From contig OX597826.1 of assembly GCA_951406725.2 (NCBI GenBank), forward strand, positions 55,242,001 through 55,306,000: a stretch of DNA of 64,000 nt, read 5' to 3'. The notes under the pieces are model-generated. The model was not told the origin of the DNA. It made no database searches and saw only the letters and a list, made by a program, of their open reading frames with translations. Positions 44,200 to 59,986 of the stretch are shown one piece after another; positions within the stretch are counted from its first letter, which is position 1; each line of letters begins with the position of its first letter. Made by a program: the position numbers and the translations under genes. The DNA is from Octopus vulgaris. Its lineage: Eukaryota.

Positions 44200-44700
44200 G
44201 TACAGTTTTCCAACGATGCTAAATTTGGAAAATTCGTTTTCAAGAAAGAAAGGCGGGGTTCCGTAGGATGGTATATATAATCTCTGGTAAATCGTTTCGA
44301 AGAATCCATAGGCTCCTATCAAAAGAGAGAGGTGGAAAATTTCCCTTCAGCAATACATGAAGGAGTGCATGTGTTGCCTATACCTACCTTTAAAGAAAGT
44401 AGCTGTCATGCCTATGTACTGTCATGTGATGCCATAGGATGGTGCAAGGCTGGCTTTATAGGCAATAGCCGTTGAGGGGCAGCATCTGCCTAATGGGCAA
44501 TGAGGGGGATTTAGATGGATGGAGTGCAGGATTTAGAATATTTTTACGATTGCTGTAGACGTTGGAAGTGATATTAATCTAAGATATATTAATCTAAGTA
44601 TGCACAGCAAACCGATGTCGCTATGATGGCAAAATTAGCTTTTTCTGAACTTACGAATGGATGTCTAAATAGTCTCACCTTGAAACCCTTTAAAATTCTA
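44200..44700 (-). mobile_element. Penelope-like element relic: GIY-YIG domain
   Basis: Minus-strand CPLGRCCPSTAIAYKA...QYIGMTATFFKGRYRQHMHSF, with stops. Confidence 0.8.
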
Positions 44701-44823
44701 AAGCGTGATTCCATTTTGTCTCTGAAAAAATCAGGATATCAATATGTTCTATGGCCATAAAACATTAAGTAGTGATGAGCAGAGTCCATCTATTAGGCAT
44801 ACATGCATTCATATATTTACACA

Positions 44824-44876
<53 letters not shown>

Positions 44877-45001
44877 ACGTAGAGACCATATATGTACGCA
44901 CACAGACATACATATACATGGTATATACACACGAAGACACACATAAATAGAAATGGATGGATGGATAGATAGATCGATAGATAGTTAGACTAACAGACAT
45001 G

Positions 45002-45085
<84 letters not shown>

Positions 45086-45664
45086 TAGAGAATTAGATAT
45101 AGATAAGGAAACAGAAATTACCTAACAAGGGGGCAAGAAATTATGTAATACATAGTTATTTATATAGATAAGTGAAAGAGAAGGAGAAGGAAAGACACAA
45201 GAAAGAGGGAGAGAGGGGGAGAAATATAGAGACTGAAAAAGGGAGTGAGAACTAGCAAGAAAGCTCAAGAGGTGGATACAAACGCAGAGAGCTGCATGCA
45301 TGTATACACGCATATATAACCCCAGTAAAATAGGAGATGCCATATTTCTAATTGTATTACAAAGTTTTTATATCCCTCGTTGATTTGATGGAATGGTGCG
45401 AATAGATGTCTACATCTATCACTCGCTATCATTTTTCCATCTATGTGCTTGTAAACTTCTGAAATAACGTGCACACACGAGCGCATGTGTGCGCGCGAGC
45501 GTGTCTATATATATGAATATGTGTGTGTGTGCGAGTGCGTGTGTGTGTGAGTATGTGTGCGTGAGTGTGCGTGTGTATGTCTCTATATATCTATGGGTAA
45601 TTTATTATAATTTCTACGTATATATTTCATATAATTCATAAAATTGCGAAAGGTTATATGATAT

Positions 45665-45700
<36 letters not shown>

Positions 45701-46218
45701 AGCGAGTGTGTATACATGCACACACACACACAATACACCCATGTGTGTTATTGTTGATGATGTTGTTTTAATTGTTGTTATTTTATCTATGTATACATGT
45801 ATGTATGTATGTATCTATCAATCTATCAATCTATCTATCTATCACACTCGCTCTCTCTCTCTATATATATATATAAATATATATCCTTAGGTATTTATTC
45901 AATATATTACATGACATATTGCTTATGTATTTATGCATATATATATATGTGTGTGTGTATGTATCTATACTTATATACATACACATGTATATAAGTATAT
46001 GATATACACATACATATGTACGCATATTTCCGTTAAATATGCGATTTTGGGCATATGCGCGTATGTTTGTACATATGTGCATATTAGTGTGAGTGCAAAT
46101 ATGTGTGCTTACATCTCTGCCTATGGACATGTAAGTGTGAGTGCCTGCGAGTACACACTTTTTAAGCATGACGTGAAGATAAATAGATAGATAGATACGT
46201 ATATAGACAGATAGATAA

Positions 46219-46277
<59 letters not shown>

Positions 46278-46296
46278 TATAGATAGATAGAGAGAT

Positions 46297-46380
<84 letters not shown>

Positions 46381-46612
46381 CAAGATAGATAATGCGACAG
46401 AGATAGAGAAATTGAGAGTGCGAATGAATTTTTGAAAACAATAAATTTGTACGGTGGCGTTTTAGGTGATTGCACACTGAGAGGAAATAATGTGTGTATG
46501 TGTGTGTGTATGTGTGTGTGTGCATGAGTGTGCGTATGTGTATGCGTGTATGACAATGTTTGTGTTTGTGTGTATGTGTATGTATACATACATATATATG
46601 TATATATATATA

Positions 46613-46664
<52 letters not shown>

Positions 46665-46944
46665 TATGTATATGTATTTATATGTATATATATGTGTGTG
46701 TGTATACGTTCTACATGGAGACATTCACAAATATATACACACACGCATATATATTCATATATATATACACATATATGTACACACTCTCTTTCGCTCGCTT
46801 TCTCTCTCTCTCTCTCCCTCTCTCTCTGAAACTCACACACATATATATGTATGTATATCTATATATATATATTCATTCATATATATATACATGCCTATAA
46901 TGTCATACACACACACACACACACACACTCACACACACACACAT

Positions 46945-47021
<77 letters not shown>

Positions 47022-47450
47022 CATGTTACATGCTTTCATTATTTATTTTCCAACTTGCTAATACGAGTATACCTCAGTGGTTCTGTATATTGCCTGTGCG
47101 TTTATACGGGTGTCTAATTGTATATAAGATTGTATAAATCTGTGAATACCTCGACATATATTAAAAACAAGAAGTCAAATTATACGGGTAAAGGTATGAG
47201 CGTTTTTCATGAATGGGTGCACAATATTCAAAATTTATGGTTAATATCTGAAAGAATATTGTGGAATCCATCTAATATTAAGGTGAGCATAAATACCCAC
47301 GTACGTATGTATACATATGTGAGTGTTCCTGCATGTATGTATGCATATATATTTGTATATTTTATATACATATATATCTATAGTCATGTGTGTATGTGTT
47401 TGTATGATATACAGACACATATGTATGAGTTTGTACATGAATACACACAT

Positions 47451-47494
<44 letters not shown>

Positions 47495-48577
47495 CATATA
47501 TATATTTATATATATATGTGTATATTAATATTTGCATGTCTATACATATATATGTACGTAGCTATCTATAGCCATATATGCATATATATATATATATATA
47601 TGACTGAAACAAGTAAAAGAGTAAAAGTGTACATGTAAAATGCTATATAGATATGTATGCTTCTACATATAAAAAGAAACATACATACATACTTTGTAGG
47701 GAATTAACTTGCTACCCACCAATTTAACTGATGAGGATTCTAGCGTGTTATTTAACATAAATTGCTATTCATTGTATAATATGTACATCTAAATTTCATA
47801 CATTGCTGTAACTTTGGCATAATTTGAATCAGTATGTTACAAACCCGGTTCTCCGATTAAAATTAAAGACCTCCCAACAAGTTTTCTTGTAGATCTTGTG
47901 TCACTCAGTGCATTATTCGAATTAAGTCTATTTGAATATTTTCTGCTCAATGCTCCCTGCACTGGGATTAAACTCGGTGGTCATTGATTGCTTAGTAAAC
48001 TTTTTTTAACCAAGGGATTATTGCATATTTTGACCTGAAACACGAACTTAGACAGTTGCTGAGGTTTTCAAAAACACGCACCTCAACAGCAGATTACTTT
48101 TTAAAAACTGTATTTGCTGTAACGATTGTATTGCGAAGCACAGAGAGAGAGAGAGAAGGGTTCAAAATATACTGATCTGATAGAAATATGTCGAAACAAC
48201 GGGTAATGGTGCGATCATTAATGTTCGATGCAGAGAGTTCGCAGTATAGTCACGCTTAATACACTGCAGAATCTACATGATGCTGGGCATCACCAAGACC
48301 AGTATTATAAGGACACTCAAACTGGATTCCGAAGCATCAAACGTGGTTTCAGGATTTTCTGAAATTTACAACATGAGGTTGTAGAAATAACTATGGGCTG
48401 AGCAACTTCGCTTTTCTCATCGAGTAAGGGTATCATTCATTGACTAAGGTTTACCTCCTTTTATCATTTATATATATATATATATATACACACATGTATA
48501 AATAAATAAATAATATATATATATATATATATATACATGTATAAATAAATAAATAATAATATATATATATATATATA

Positions 48578-48608
<31 letters not shown>

Positions 48609-48899
48609 TTACATACATACATGTGCTCACGCTTATGTATGCGTGTTAACTCGTATATGAATTTCATCTCTATATGCTTTGTGTATTCATTCTCATGTGA
48701 TGAATGCTTCTATAAAGGCTTTCGAAATCTTTGTCAACTTAGATATCCACTCAAACTTAAGCACAAACTTAAGGCATGTACCAACATACCATGCCTGTGC
48801 ATTATTTTTACTGAGCTCCGTATCATTGTTGGATTTGAAATCATATGATATTAAAAGTTCCATCTTTAAAATTTTTTATCAGTGAAAACCGATGTATCT

Positions 48900-49810
48900 C
48901 GAACTAGAACATCTTAATATTTCTCATGCTTTCAGAGTTTTATTTCAGAGAAATTTTATCTCTGTTTCTATCAGACCTAGCGAAATATAAAATATCAATG
49001 AATTGGCAAGTGAAATCATGGCAAATATAGACAAATCCCTAATACAACAATTTTAGAATTTCGCCAATTGAAACTGTAGCTATAGACAGAAGAATGAACT
49101 GATTCCTCTTATGTATCTAAATCTAAACTAAGTACCGTAAGATGTTATTCTCGCTTGAAGATCGTAATGATGTGAAGTACGAATCAAACGAAAACGAATT
49201 TAGTTTTATTAAGGAATATACATTACTTAACGCACATTCTTTCTGCTTTGTCGTAGCCTTTTCAAATGATTGTGATCCAATACGATCAAAAACAGTTTAG
49301 GTATCGTGATACAAATTGAACAAGGAATAGCTAATGTAAGGTTGGCACGATGAAACAGACTTGTAAACCAGTAGAACAATATATAATAAGCTAAGTAATA
49401 TAACGAACCATACTAGTAATGACTATGCAGAGAAAATGGCTTATAAAATTCCCAAGACATGGATAGGTACAATTTTGATAAAGAAAATGTCGAATATCTT
49501 CAAAGTCTTCAACAACACACTAACCACTGAAACCAATGTATTCATAATCTACATCGGATACCGTGTTTCTGACGTAATTGTTAGTACATATAAAAACGCA
49601 TTCCAGCCACCCACCTTTAATTACAAGGAGCCTAATTAGTAACATATGCCGAATAACTCCATCATATCATTTGATAAAATATTTAATGAAGTATCACCAT
49701 ACTCTACTTCACTTGTAAAAAAGAGCAGTTTGAAAGGAGGGTTAAAATACATAGCCAAATCTACAAATACAAATTATAGAACAAATAAATCTAGAAAATT
49801 TAACAAAAGT
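48900..49810 (+). mobile_element. Decayed Penelope-like reverse transcriptase region
   Basis: INELASEI, KKMSNIFKVFN.TLTTETN and KIFNEVSPY..L.KKS...LKY in PLE RT order. Confidence 0.65.
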
Positions 49811-49839
49811 GAAATAATTCTGATTTTTGTAGCAATTTT

Positions 49840-50590
49840 AAGGAGTAAAGGCAAGTGGATATCTCGACCCAGTACATGAGTAGTACTTCATTTTATGGAT
49901 CCCGAAAAGAAAAAAGGCAGAGTAAACCACGGCGGTATTTGAGCTGAGAACGAAAGAAATATCGCAATGTATTTCGTCCAACGCATTAACAGTTATGCCA
50001 ACTAGGCACCTTAGCGTAAAATTATAATTACAAGGCTTGAAATTTCCCGGGAAAAGCGATAGTCAAGCCAAGTGTTGTACTGGCATGTATTTTATTGGCC
50101 CCGAAAGGATGAAGAGCAAATTCGACCACTGCGGAATTTGAACTCAGAACGTGATGCCGGAAGAAATGTTGCTGAACGTTTTGACCAGCGTGTTAAAGAT
50201 TCTGCTTGCATCCCATCTTATTGTTTCAAACTTTGGCACAACGCCAGAAATTTTGAAGCGACAGTTATCACATTGTCACTGGTACCTTATTTTATCGGCC
50301 CAGAAAAAGTGAAACGCAAAATTGACATTGGTAAGATTTGAACTCAAATAATTTTTTTCTTGTTTGTTTTTTCGAAATTCAAACAATTCTACTTACTTGC
50401 TTCTACCACGAAAACTGAAATTAATTTTAATATAGTAAACGTTTTAGAGAGTTCAAACTACGCGAAGGTCAACTTTGCCTTTCATCTTTTCAAGGTCGAT
50501 AAAATAAGTACCATTTGAGCCCTGGGTTGATATGACGAACTTAGCCATTTCCACGGAATTGCTGGCTTTGTGCCACAATCTGAAACCAAT
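49840..50590. mobile_element. Cluster of decayed SINE family C fragments on both strands
   Basis: cccgaaaggatgaa...gcggaatttgaactcagaac; aggtcaactttgcctttcatc. Confidence 0.75.
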
Positions 50591-51161
50591 AAATTAAACG
50601 CTTTTTGCGTCTAAAATAGAGGCAATTATTAGATGGTATTAGTTTGTCTTGAAACTCTGTAAATATAATTTTGATGTCCAACATACATAGAAATCCAGTA
50701 AGATGAAGTTCCTAGGAATATATGAAGCACAGAGTATGTCTTTGGAACACTTAATTTCGCAATTAGATGGGATAAATAGTTTGACTGTCTCATCTAATTA
50801 TTTGCCTGTGAATGATACTGAAGTATTTATTTAAACGATGACTGTTCACAAGGGAGTCTTTAGTATGTGTATACCTGAAAGGCTATAAATATAAACGGTT
50901 TTAATTTGCTGACAATTTTCAGGTTGACAAATTTATGAGATTGTATGAATCATACAATTATATATACGCATATACACATATACATACATACACATATAAT
51001 ATATATATAATATAATGTATATAACATATACACATACAAACATATATATATGAGTTATTCATACACAACTATACACACACACATATAAATATATAATGCA
51101 TACATGTATATATATACGCATACATGTATATATATATATTTATATATATATACATGTATGC

Positions 51162-51203
<42 letters not shown>

Positions 51204-51464
51204 GCATACACACACACACATTACATATATGTATGTGTGTGTTTATGTATGTTTGGAGTTTTATGCACAATTAACATCTATATAATTGCAGAGCTATGGT
51301 CAACTAGAGAAATAGAGTGAGAATTCACTTACACAATGTTTCTCGCAGCTGATTGAACTCGAAACGCTATGGTTGCGATGCAAAATTTCTTCACCGCAGA
51401 GTCGTGTTCTATTCAGATAAATATCTCTTATATCACAACTGAATTGCTAAATATTAATACTTAA

Positions 51465-52135
51465 ACCACCACCACCACCACCACCACTATAATCACTACT
51501 ATTACCACTTCTATCGTCAGTACCGCCATTGCCATCAGCACCACCTCCATCAATGCCATCGCCACCACCACCAAGACTATCCTCTCCATCATCGTAAGCT
51601 GCGCCGTTACAACCATTACTATCACCACCTGTAGCACTAGCACCCACCACCACCACCGCAACAACAACTACTACTCCCTTCGCTACAACCACCTCACTAC
51701 TACCACCACCATCACCACCATCACCAATGTCAACAATATCACTCTAGCTATCACGAATACGAACACCGTCACCATTACTACGCCATCAATATTACCAAGA
51801 CCATCACCACCTCCACCATCACCGCAACAACAACAACTACTACTACCTTCGCTACTACCATCCTCGCTACTACCACAACCATCACCACGATCACCACCAC
51901 CACCATTACACAACTACCACCAATATCAACAATATCACTATAGCTACCACGAATACGAACACCATCACCATTACCACCGCCACCAATATTACCAAGATCA
52001 CCACCACGACCACCACCACCACCAATACGAATATTAATACTATCACCACTACCATCATCACCACAACCACCATCTCTAATATCACCAGCAGCCGCAGTGC
52101 CACCATTAACTTCAATGCTTACCCACACCAACAAC
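51465..52135. repeat. Degenerate (ACC)n tract with internal duplications
   Basis: Direct inspection. Confidence 0.85.
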
Positions 52136-52551
52136 AATACTCCCGAATTGCTTTGATCAAAGAAAATTTCATCTGCCAATTTGATGGCCATGGTTATAAC
52201 CTTCATGCTACAAGAAGCCTGTCAAATAAGTAATATTTTCACGAGCCAAAGTTTTGTTGCAGTTGCTGTTGTTTATTGGCAGGTCATCCTTGTAGAAGGA
52301 TTTGTCGTCAAATGTCTTCCATCCGTGACGCTTGTGTCTTTTTTCTTCGATGCAATACATGCTTCAAAACTTCCATAAGCTACAAATCCATACGCAAGTA
52401 AAACCCTTTCAAGGATTAGAAATACAATAAAGGGACACCCATGCAATATCTATTCATGTATGGTATAATATATACGATAAAATTACACCATAAACTAAGA
52501 AACCAAACGTTCCCTTAATAATTTTGACCCCACAAGATCTAACATAACTGG

Positions 52552-53119
52552 CACCTCTTCGCTTTAGACGATGGGTATTGAAGTTCATCCCATCCTCGAA
52601 AGAACATTCTGCTAATGACAGTAACATCTAAGTGATTGAGCACTCCAAAGACACCTGTACCCTTAATGTCATTTTCAGGGAGATCCAAAGGTGATACAGA
52701 ATGCGGCAAGTGTGACCCTTTGAAATGCAAGTACAACTGAGCACTCCACATGCAAGTGGCTGAGCACTCCACAGACACCTGTGCCCTTAATGTCATTCTC
52801 AGGAAGATCCAAAGGTGATAGCGAATGCGACAAGGCTGGCCCTTTGAAATGCAAGTACAACTGAGCACTCCACATGCAAGTGACTGAGCACTCCACAGGC
52901 ATGTGTACCCTCAACGTACGTCTGGGGAAGATCCAACGTGACAGAGAATGTGAAAAGGCCGGCCCTCTGAAATACGAATATAACTCATTTTTGTCACCTG
53001 AGTGGACTGGAGCAACGTGAAATACAGTGCCTTTCTCTAGGACACAAAGCGCAGCTGGGAATCGAACTAACGACTTTACGATCGTGAGCTGAATACCTTA
53101 AATACCTAGCCACGTGCCT
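52552..53119 (-). mobile_element. SINE family B-related element with about 125-bp internal tandem triplication
   Basis: gagcactcca...cccttaatgtc...gatccaa...ccctttgaaat unit occurs three times. Confidence 0.85.
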
Positions 53120-54976
53120 ACTAAGATCTAGAATTTTAGTGAAGGACAACTTAGAACCACGATGAAAAATGGCATAGATGGGTCACAGTTATCAACAAGT
53201 ACACTAAGCATGTACAACCCATCCTCCGCTGCCTAATATATATCGTTAAGGTTTCGACACCTGAGTGGTACCATTCAATCGGCGGTGTCAACAGCTTTAA
53301 CAACATAAGCACTGCGTCGCAATTAATTGACAGGAAGCAAGGGCGAAACATTAGTGCAATATGTCTATAATGTGTGCATCTACTTATTGTTACAAAATAC
53401 AGATACGAACAATTAATCTCAACCACAAATCGTTACACACGCAGAAATAGCTTCGAAACATAAAAATTACAAATAAAATATAGAAAACAAGAGAAGTATT
53501 ACCAAAATGGACATTGCTATCCCATGAACTATAGAACTTAAAAATCATAGAACATTAAAATAAAATAGTCAACTAAATGTACGATTACTATATATTATAA
53601 ATTGTCTCTCTTTTTACTGCAAGACATAAAATGAAAGCGATTCGGTTACTATATCTAGCTAACGCAGCGGCCTCATACAGTAATATTATTGTTGTTGGGT
53701 AGTGATGGAGGAGGAGAGGTTTTTATATTAAATTTTTGATGAGATTTCCATTTATTTTTTTGTTTTACTTGTGTTTTTGTTAGTTTGTATGATTTTTTTG
53801 TTTGTTTGTAGGTTAAAGTGAAACTACCGGAAGTGTCTTAAAATACGTCCTTTAATGCCCGGCAATTTCCGAGTATCAGACGGACTGATCGTGGACTGAG
53901 GAGGATACTAGGAGTAGAGAACAAATAGAGAGAGACACAGGAAATTAGAAGGGTGGAGGTGGGGAGAGGAATTAAAGATAAACACTTAACGTTGTGAGGG
54001 AAAACATATTTCACGGATGTTGGTAGACTGGTGTTAAAGACTACGGCTTAGTATGGATGCTGTTGCTGTTGTTGCTGTTAGTAGTAGTGGTCGTAGCATA
54101 AGTAGTGGTGTGGAGCGGTGATGATGTGGGTGTGCTGTAGTAGTTGTTGTCTGGTCCTAATATTATAAGCTGTTAAGTCTTATTAGTGGTGGTATTGATG
54201 GCTGCGGTGCTAAATTCTTGTGGTGGTGGAGGTAACGGCCATGGTAGTGATGATGGTAGTTATAGTGGCTCTGGGGTGGGGGTGATAATAGTGTGACCTG
54301 TAGTCATGACAGTGGTAGTGCTAGTGGCATTGGTGATGGTTATAATGAACAGTCATGTTGGTAGTGGTCATAGCAGTGATGAATTTGTTGGTACTGAACC
54401 AGCAGTAGTTGTGTGGATGGCATGGATGAACGCTTAGGTTAGCTGTGACGGAAGTAGTGGTGGTGGTGGTTGTGGTAGTAGTAATAGTAGTAGTAGTTGT
54501 TGCTGTAGACGTTGTGGTGGTAGTAGAGACCTTAATTCGTGATATGGGGGGGGGTGGACTCTAGGAGATTGTAAAAAAGTGACGTAGGTGGGATGGATCG
54601 TATGCACAAACTAATTGACATCTAATTAAACTTGCATACATTCTCTTAATTAGTAAATTAGTAAAAGGCTGAATTTAATATATTTATTAGAATTGTCTTG
54701 TGTCTAGAGTCACACCGCACTGAAGAGTACCAAAAAGTGTAAAATAGAGGCATTTTTGGTTACCGAGACTACAAGAATAAAAAAAAAATCTAGGATTTTT
54801 TGTGTATCCCACCACACACACAAGAAGAGAGAAAAACAAAACGAAGGAAAGAATCAAAAGTTAAGAAATATTTACAAAGGATCTCCAAATTTGTCTGATT
54901 GCATATTTCCTACCAGGTTCATACCATGTAATTATATATATATATATATATATATGTGTGTATGTGTGTATGTGTT

Positions 54977-55026
<50 letters not shown>

Positions 55027-55294
55027 AAAATCCCGAAACTAGTCCGAGCGTATCACTCAGGCTAGCGAGGAAGGGATGGCCTCCCTTTGCAACTACTTCA
55101 AGGGCACTGATATGGTGTCTAAAGCCAGCTAGAGACGACGATCTCTTGGGGCTATAAAGCTGCAGTAACACCCCCTCCCCTATGTGGTTAGCCATGATAA
55201 GATGGCTTCAATACATTACATATATATATATATAGATAGATAGTATGGGAATATATTCCTACCCCTTTTGATGTTTGGGAATTCTCTGATATTT

Positions 55295-55382
55295 TTTCGA
55301 CTGACGAGTACGAGCCATCTGTATTCACTGCATTTTTTGTAGCTTATTAAAGATGTCCTCGTACGAAACGATCGTACCAAGA
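55295..55382 (+). ncRNA. Type I hammerhead ribozyme motif
   Basis: CTGACGA GTACGAG...CTCGTAC GAAA CGATCG TA; perfect 7-bp stem II, palindromic stem III ACGATCGT, weak stem I. Confidence 0.72.
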
Positions 55383-55408
55383 TTTTAATCCATTCTTGTT
55401 GCTTTTTT

Positions 55409-56804
<1,396 letters not shown>

Positions 56805-56813
56805 TATATATAT

Positions 56814-57242
56814 ACTTTTACTCTTTTATTTGTTTCAGTCATTTGACTGCAGCCACGCTGGGGCACCGCCTTTAGTTGAGCAAATCGACGCTAGGACTTA
56901 TCCTTTGTAAGCCTAGTACTTATTTTATCGGTCTCTTTTGCCGGACTGCTAAGTTACGGGAACGTAAACGCACTAGCATCGGTTGTCAAGCGATGGGGGG
57001 TGGGGGGCTAACAGAAAAATAAACATACACACACACACACGCACACATATATATGATAGATCGGTAGACACTACACACTTTTTCTCTCTTCTTTTCTCTC
57101 CTTGTTTTTTTCTGTGTCCCTTTCTGTAGAAGAGCGTAGGCTCGAAACGTAAAAGACCTTTTCAATTCCTGAGCGCTATACTAATACATCTGTTTGTTTT
57201 GTACACCATCTGTCTTCGTCTTCTTTGCTTTTTTCGTGAACT

Positions 57243-57287
<45 letters not shown>

Positions 57288-57343
57288 TATATACGACGGG
57301 CTTCTTTCCGTCTACCAAATCCCCTCACAAGGCCTTGGTCGGC
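56814..57343 (-). mobile_element. SINE family A interrupted by a hammerhead-bearing insert
   Basis: SINE tail 56814-57050; body resumes about 57293; insert about 57055-57246. Confidence 0.85.
57120..57155 (+). ncRNA. Hammerhead-like motif, CUGUNGA variant family, copy 3
   Basis: cttt CTGTAGA a GAGC-gtag-GCTC GAAA CG TA aaag. Confidence 0.58.
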
Positions 57344-57689
57344 TGTTGTTGCGCTTGTTTATAATTTATAATTTCATCGTCGTTTTCTGCTATTATTGCA
57401 TCCATATCTCATATGGCAACAATATCGACGTTTTCGTCATTATTAACGTCTTTCTTAGTTCTGAATATTTGTTGTTTACTCGTATTTTAGCGGGTGTTGC
57501 TCTTATTAATTATGTTAACTTGTTACTGTTTTTTTTTTTCAAATGACCTTGTTGCTACGATTATTGTTGTGATTACTGTTTATTGTTGTTGCTGTCACAG
57601 TTAATGTATATTATCATTGCTACTGTTGTTGTTGTTGTTAGTGAAATATTCATCGTTGTCCTCGTTGTCATCGTTGACAAATACAATTC

Positions 57690-58130
57690 TGATTTATCTG
57701 ATAGTTTCACCTAACTTTTCAATACATTTCCAAACACTTACAAAGTTTTCTGATGTTAGTAAAGAGCTTTCTTGGTTACTATAGCTGTTCTTCCAGAGGT
57801 TATAACGTCTACAGTGTTTCCCTGGAGGTATTTCCTGAGTCTGTTTACATTTCGCAGTATTTTTGGCAGTTCAACCAATCCAATCCAATCAATAAATGAC
57901 AAGGCAATCTCACATGACATACCATACTTACTTCTGTAGGTATTATCTACATCACACTGTTGTCCATCCTGATCAAATTGTTGTTGATGTTTAATCCATC
58001 CACAACCACAATATCAGCTTTCATCAGGGTCACCTATAACCAAAAGCGTTCCACCAACGACCGTCCTGTCTTTTTCAGACGTAGTTTATCAAGGGCCTCA
58101 TTAACCAATGTTAAATACTTGCTTCTGTTT
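57690..58130 (-). mobile_element. R4/Dong-like LINE relic, region before and at the RT start
   Basis: Minus-strand remnants VERFW, GWIK and ITSGRTAIVTK (W.T.GRT.LI.K motif). Confidence 0.5.
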
Positions 58131-58226
58131 ACAGCCTACATCTCACCTTTTAGTGATAAGAAGATTGGATGAGATTTTGGCAGACATTTAGCTACTATAT
58201 CTAGCAGATTGACCCATCGAGTGGAG

Positions 58227-58768
58227 CAGTGTTTCTCAACCATTTTATACCTATGGAACCCTTTGATTCCTATTTCCCCTGGATATAAGCTCCTAACCAT
58301 TATATGCTTCAAAAACAATCATATCATTATGATTAAATATCAAATAGGAATTGCATTTAAAAAAAAAATGTTGAAATTATTTTGTGTATCGTTGAAATAT
58401 AACCAATTTATCTTTATATATATAAAACTGAGAATGTGTGTGTGTGTGTGTGTGTGTGTGTGTCTGTCTGTGTGTTTCCCTAAAACTTGAGAACTACACA
58501 ATCAATTTCATTCAAATTTTACATATGCTTTACTTAGGGTCCGGGGAGTGTCATCGGCAAAAACAATCTTAACTTTTTGCCTAGGGCGAGCCCACAGCAA
58601 TAACATATCTTCTCCACTACGATTCCCTAAAACTTGAGAACTACACAACCAATTTCATTCACTATGACCTGGCAACGACGGGTCTTTAATGCTAGTTCCA
58701 TATAAACTTTAACCACAAATTCTTATACGGACCCCAAGGGCCATATAGATCTCGGTTGAGAACCATTG
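58227..58768. mobile_element. hAT (Charlie-like) MITE
   Basis: TIRs CAGTGTTTCTCAACC / CAATGGTTCTCAACC; decayed 8-bp flanks GAGTGGAG / ATGTAGAG (5/8). Confidence 0.8.
58411..58695 (+). mobile_element. Non-autonomous Helitron nested in the hAT MITE
   Basis: 5' TC, 3' CTAG, A|T insertion site, subterminal hairpin GACCTGGC-AAC-GACGGGTC at 58666-58684. Confidence 0.85.
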
Positions 58769-58944
58769 ATGTAGAGGCTCTGTCAGTGGCCCCTGATTCT
58801 GTTTGTGTTGTTGTTGTTGTTAATATTATGGTTCTGATTTAACTCTTGATTGTTCTATAATCATCTCAATTGATATCGTTACTCTTGTCGATGTCCATGG
58901 TCTCTCTTTTTGTCATTGTCTATAGGTGTCGCCATTGTTGTCAT

Positions 58945-59275
58945 TATCGACATTTTCGAGCGGCTCCAACCAGTGCTGTTTTCTGCAAGTGCTCCACCCT
59001 TATTGCAGCCCATATTTATTCCACGTATTTCTCAAGATTCTTGCTCACTGTTCCCAGGGCTCCGGCAATTATTGGTGCTACTGCTACCTTTTTCATCGAC
59101 CACAACTGCTTGACTTCCCAGGCTAACCTGTCATATATCTCAACTTTTCTTTCTTTCCTATCGCATACGCTGTTGTCAGCTGGGTATGCTACATCTATGA
59201 TCCAGCATAGTTTCTTTTCTTTCTCAATTAACACTATGTCTGGCTTCCTATTCTCTATCTCATGGTTGCACTGAA
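58945..59275 (-). mobile_element. R4/Dong-clade LINE relic: restriction-like endonuclease domain
   Basis: RKPDIVLIEKEKKLCWIIDVAYPAD...KVEIYDRLAWEVKQLW...VAPIIAGALG (PD..D RLE motif); abuts (TAA)n. Confidence 0.9.
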
Positions 59276-59284
59276 TCATAATTA

Positions 59285-59343
<59 letters not shown>

Positions 59344-59356
59344 ATCATCATCATCG

Positions 59357-59397
<41 letters not shown>

Positions 59398-59870
59398 GAG
59401 TGAGAAAGCAGCGCATACTATCAAAGTGACACTGGTGTAACATATGCGAAGCCCAATATATCCATCATGACTACCCATCTGATAAAGGTACACCGGGCAC
59501 ATATATCACAACCATATGTGTGCGACATGGTGATCTCATATCAAGATAAACAGCACATGACATTGCAGGTGAGGCCCAATTAGAATTTTTTTCTGGTCGA
59601 GTAGCCCATCCCACTCAGATGGTCTTTGAATAAGCGTTGTTTAAGGATGGTGAACGAAACACCCATGTTTCCAAAGGTGAATTATCCAAACCCCAAATAA
59701 TTCCTCTCTACACATGGCTATGATTCTCCCCTACTACTTCTGTTCGTGATCAGAGATGCACACATCGACAGCCACTAAGTGACATGCTCAACTGGTTAAG
59801 ATCAAGCAATTGACAAGCAAATCTGTGGTATTAAGCAGAATATTTGCTGTATTCCTTCTTTTATAACAAG
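59398..59870. mobile_element. Unclassified about 470-bp non-coding insert bounded by (ATT)n
   Basis: Sharp complexity boundaries with ATT repeats on both sides. Confidence 0.5.
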
Positions 59871-59909
59871 ATTATTATTATTATTGTTGTTGTTGTTGTT
59901 GTTGTTTTG

Positions 59910-59950
<41 letters not shown>

Positions 59951-59986
59951 GATGGTGGTATTGTGGTTTTAATGAGAAGGTGCATG

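Noticed and set aside
48335-48425. Minus-strand hammerhead-like boxes
   Set aside because: Core altered and stems I and II do not pair
50761-50799. 14-bp hairpin as a possible pre-miRNA
   Set aside because: Stem too short and no recognised mature miRNA
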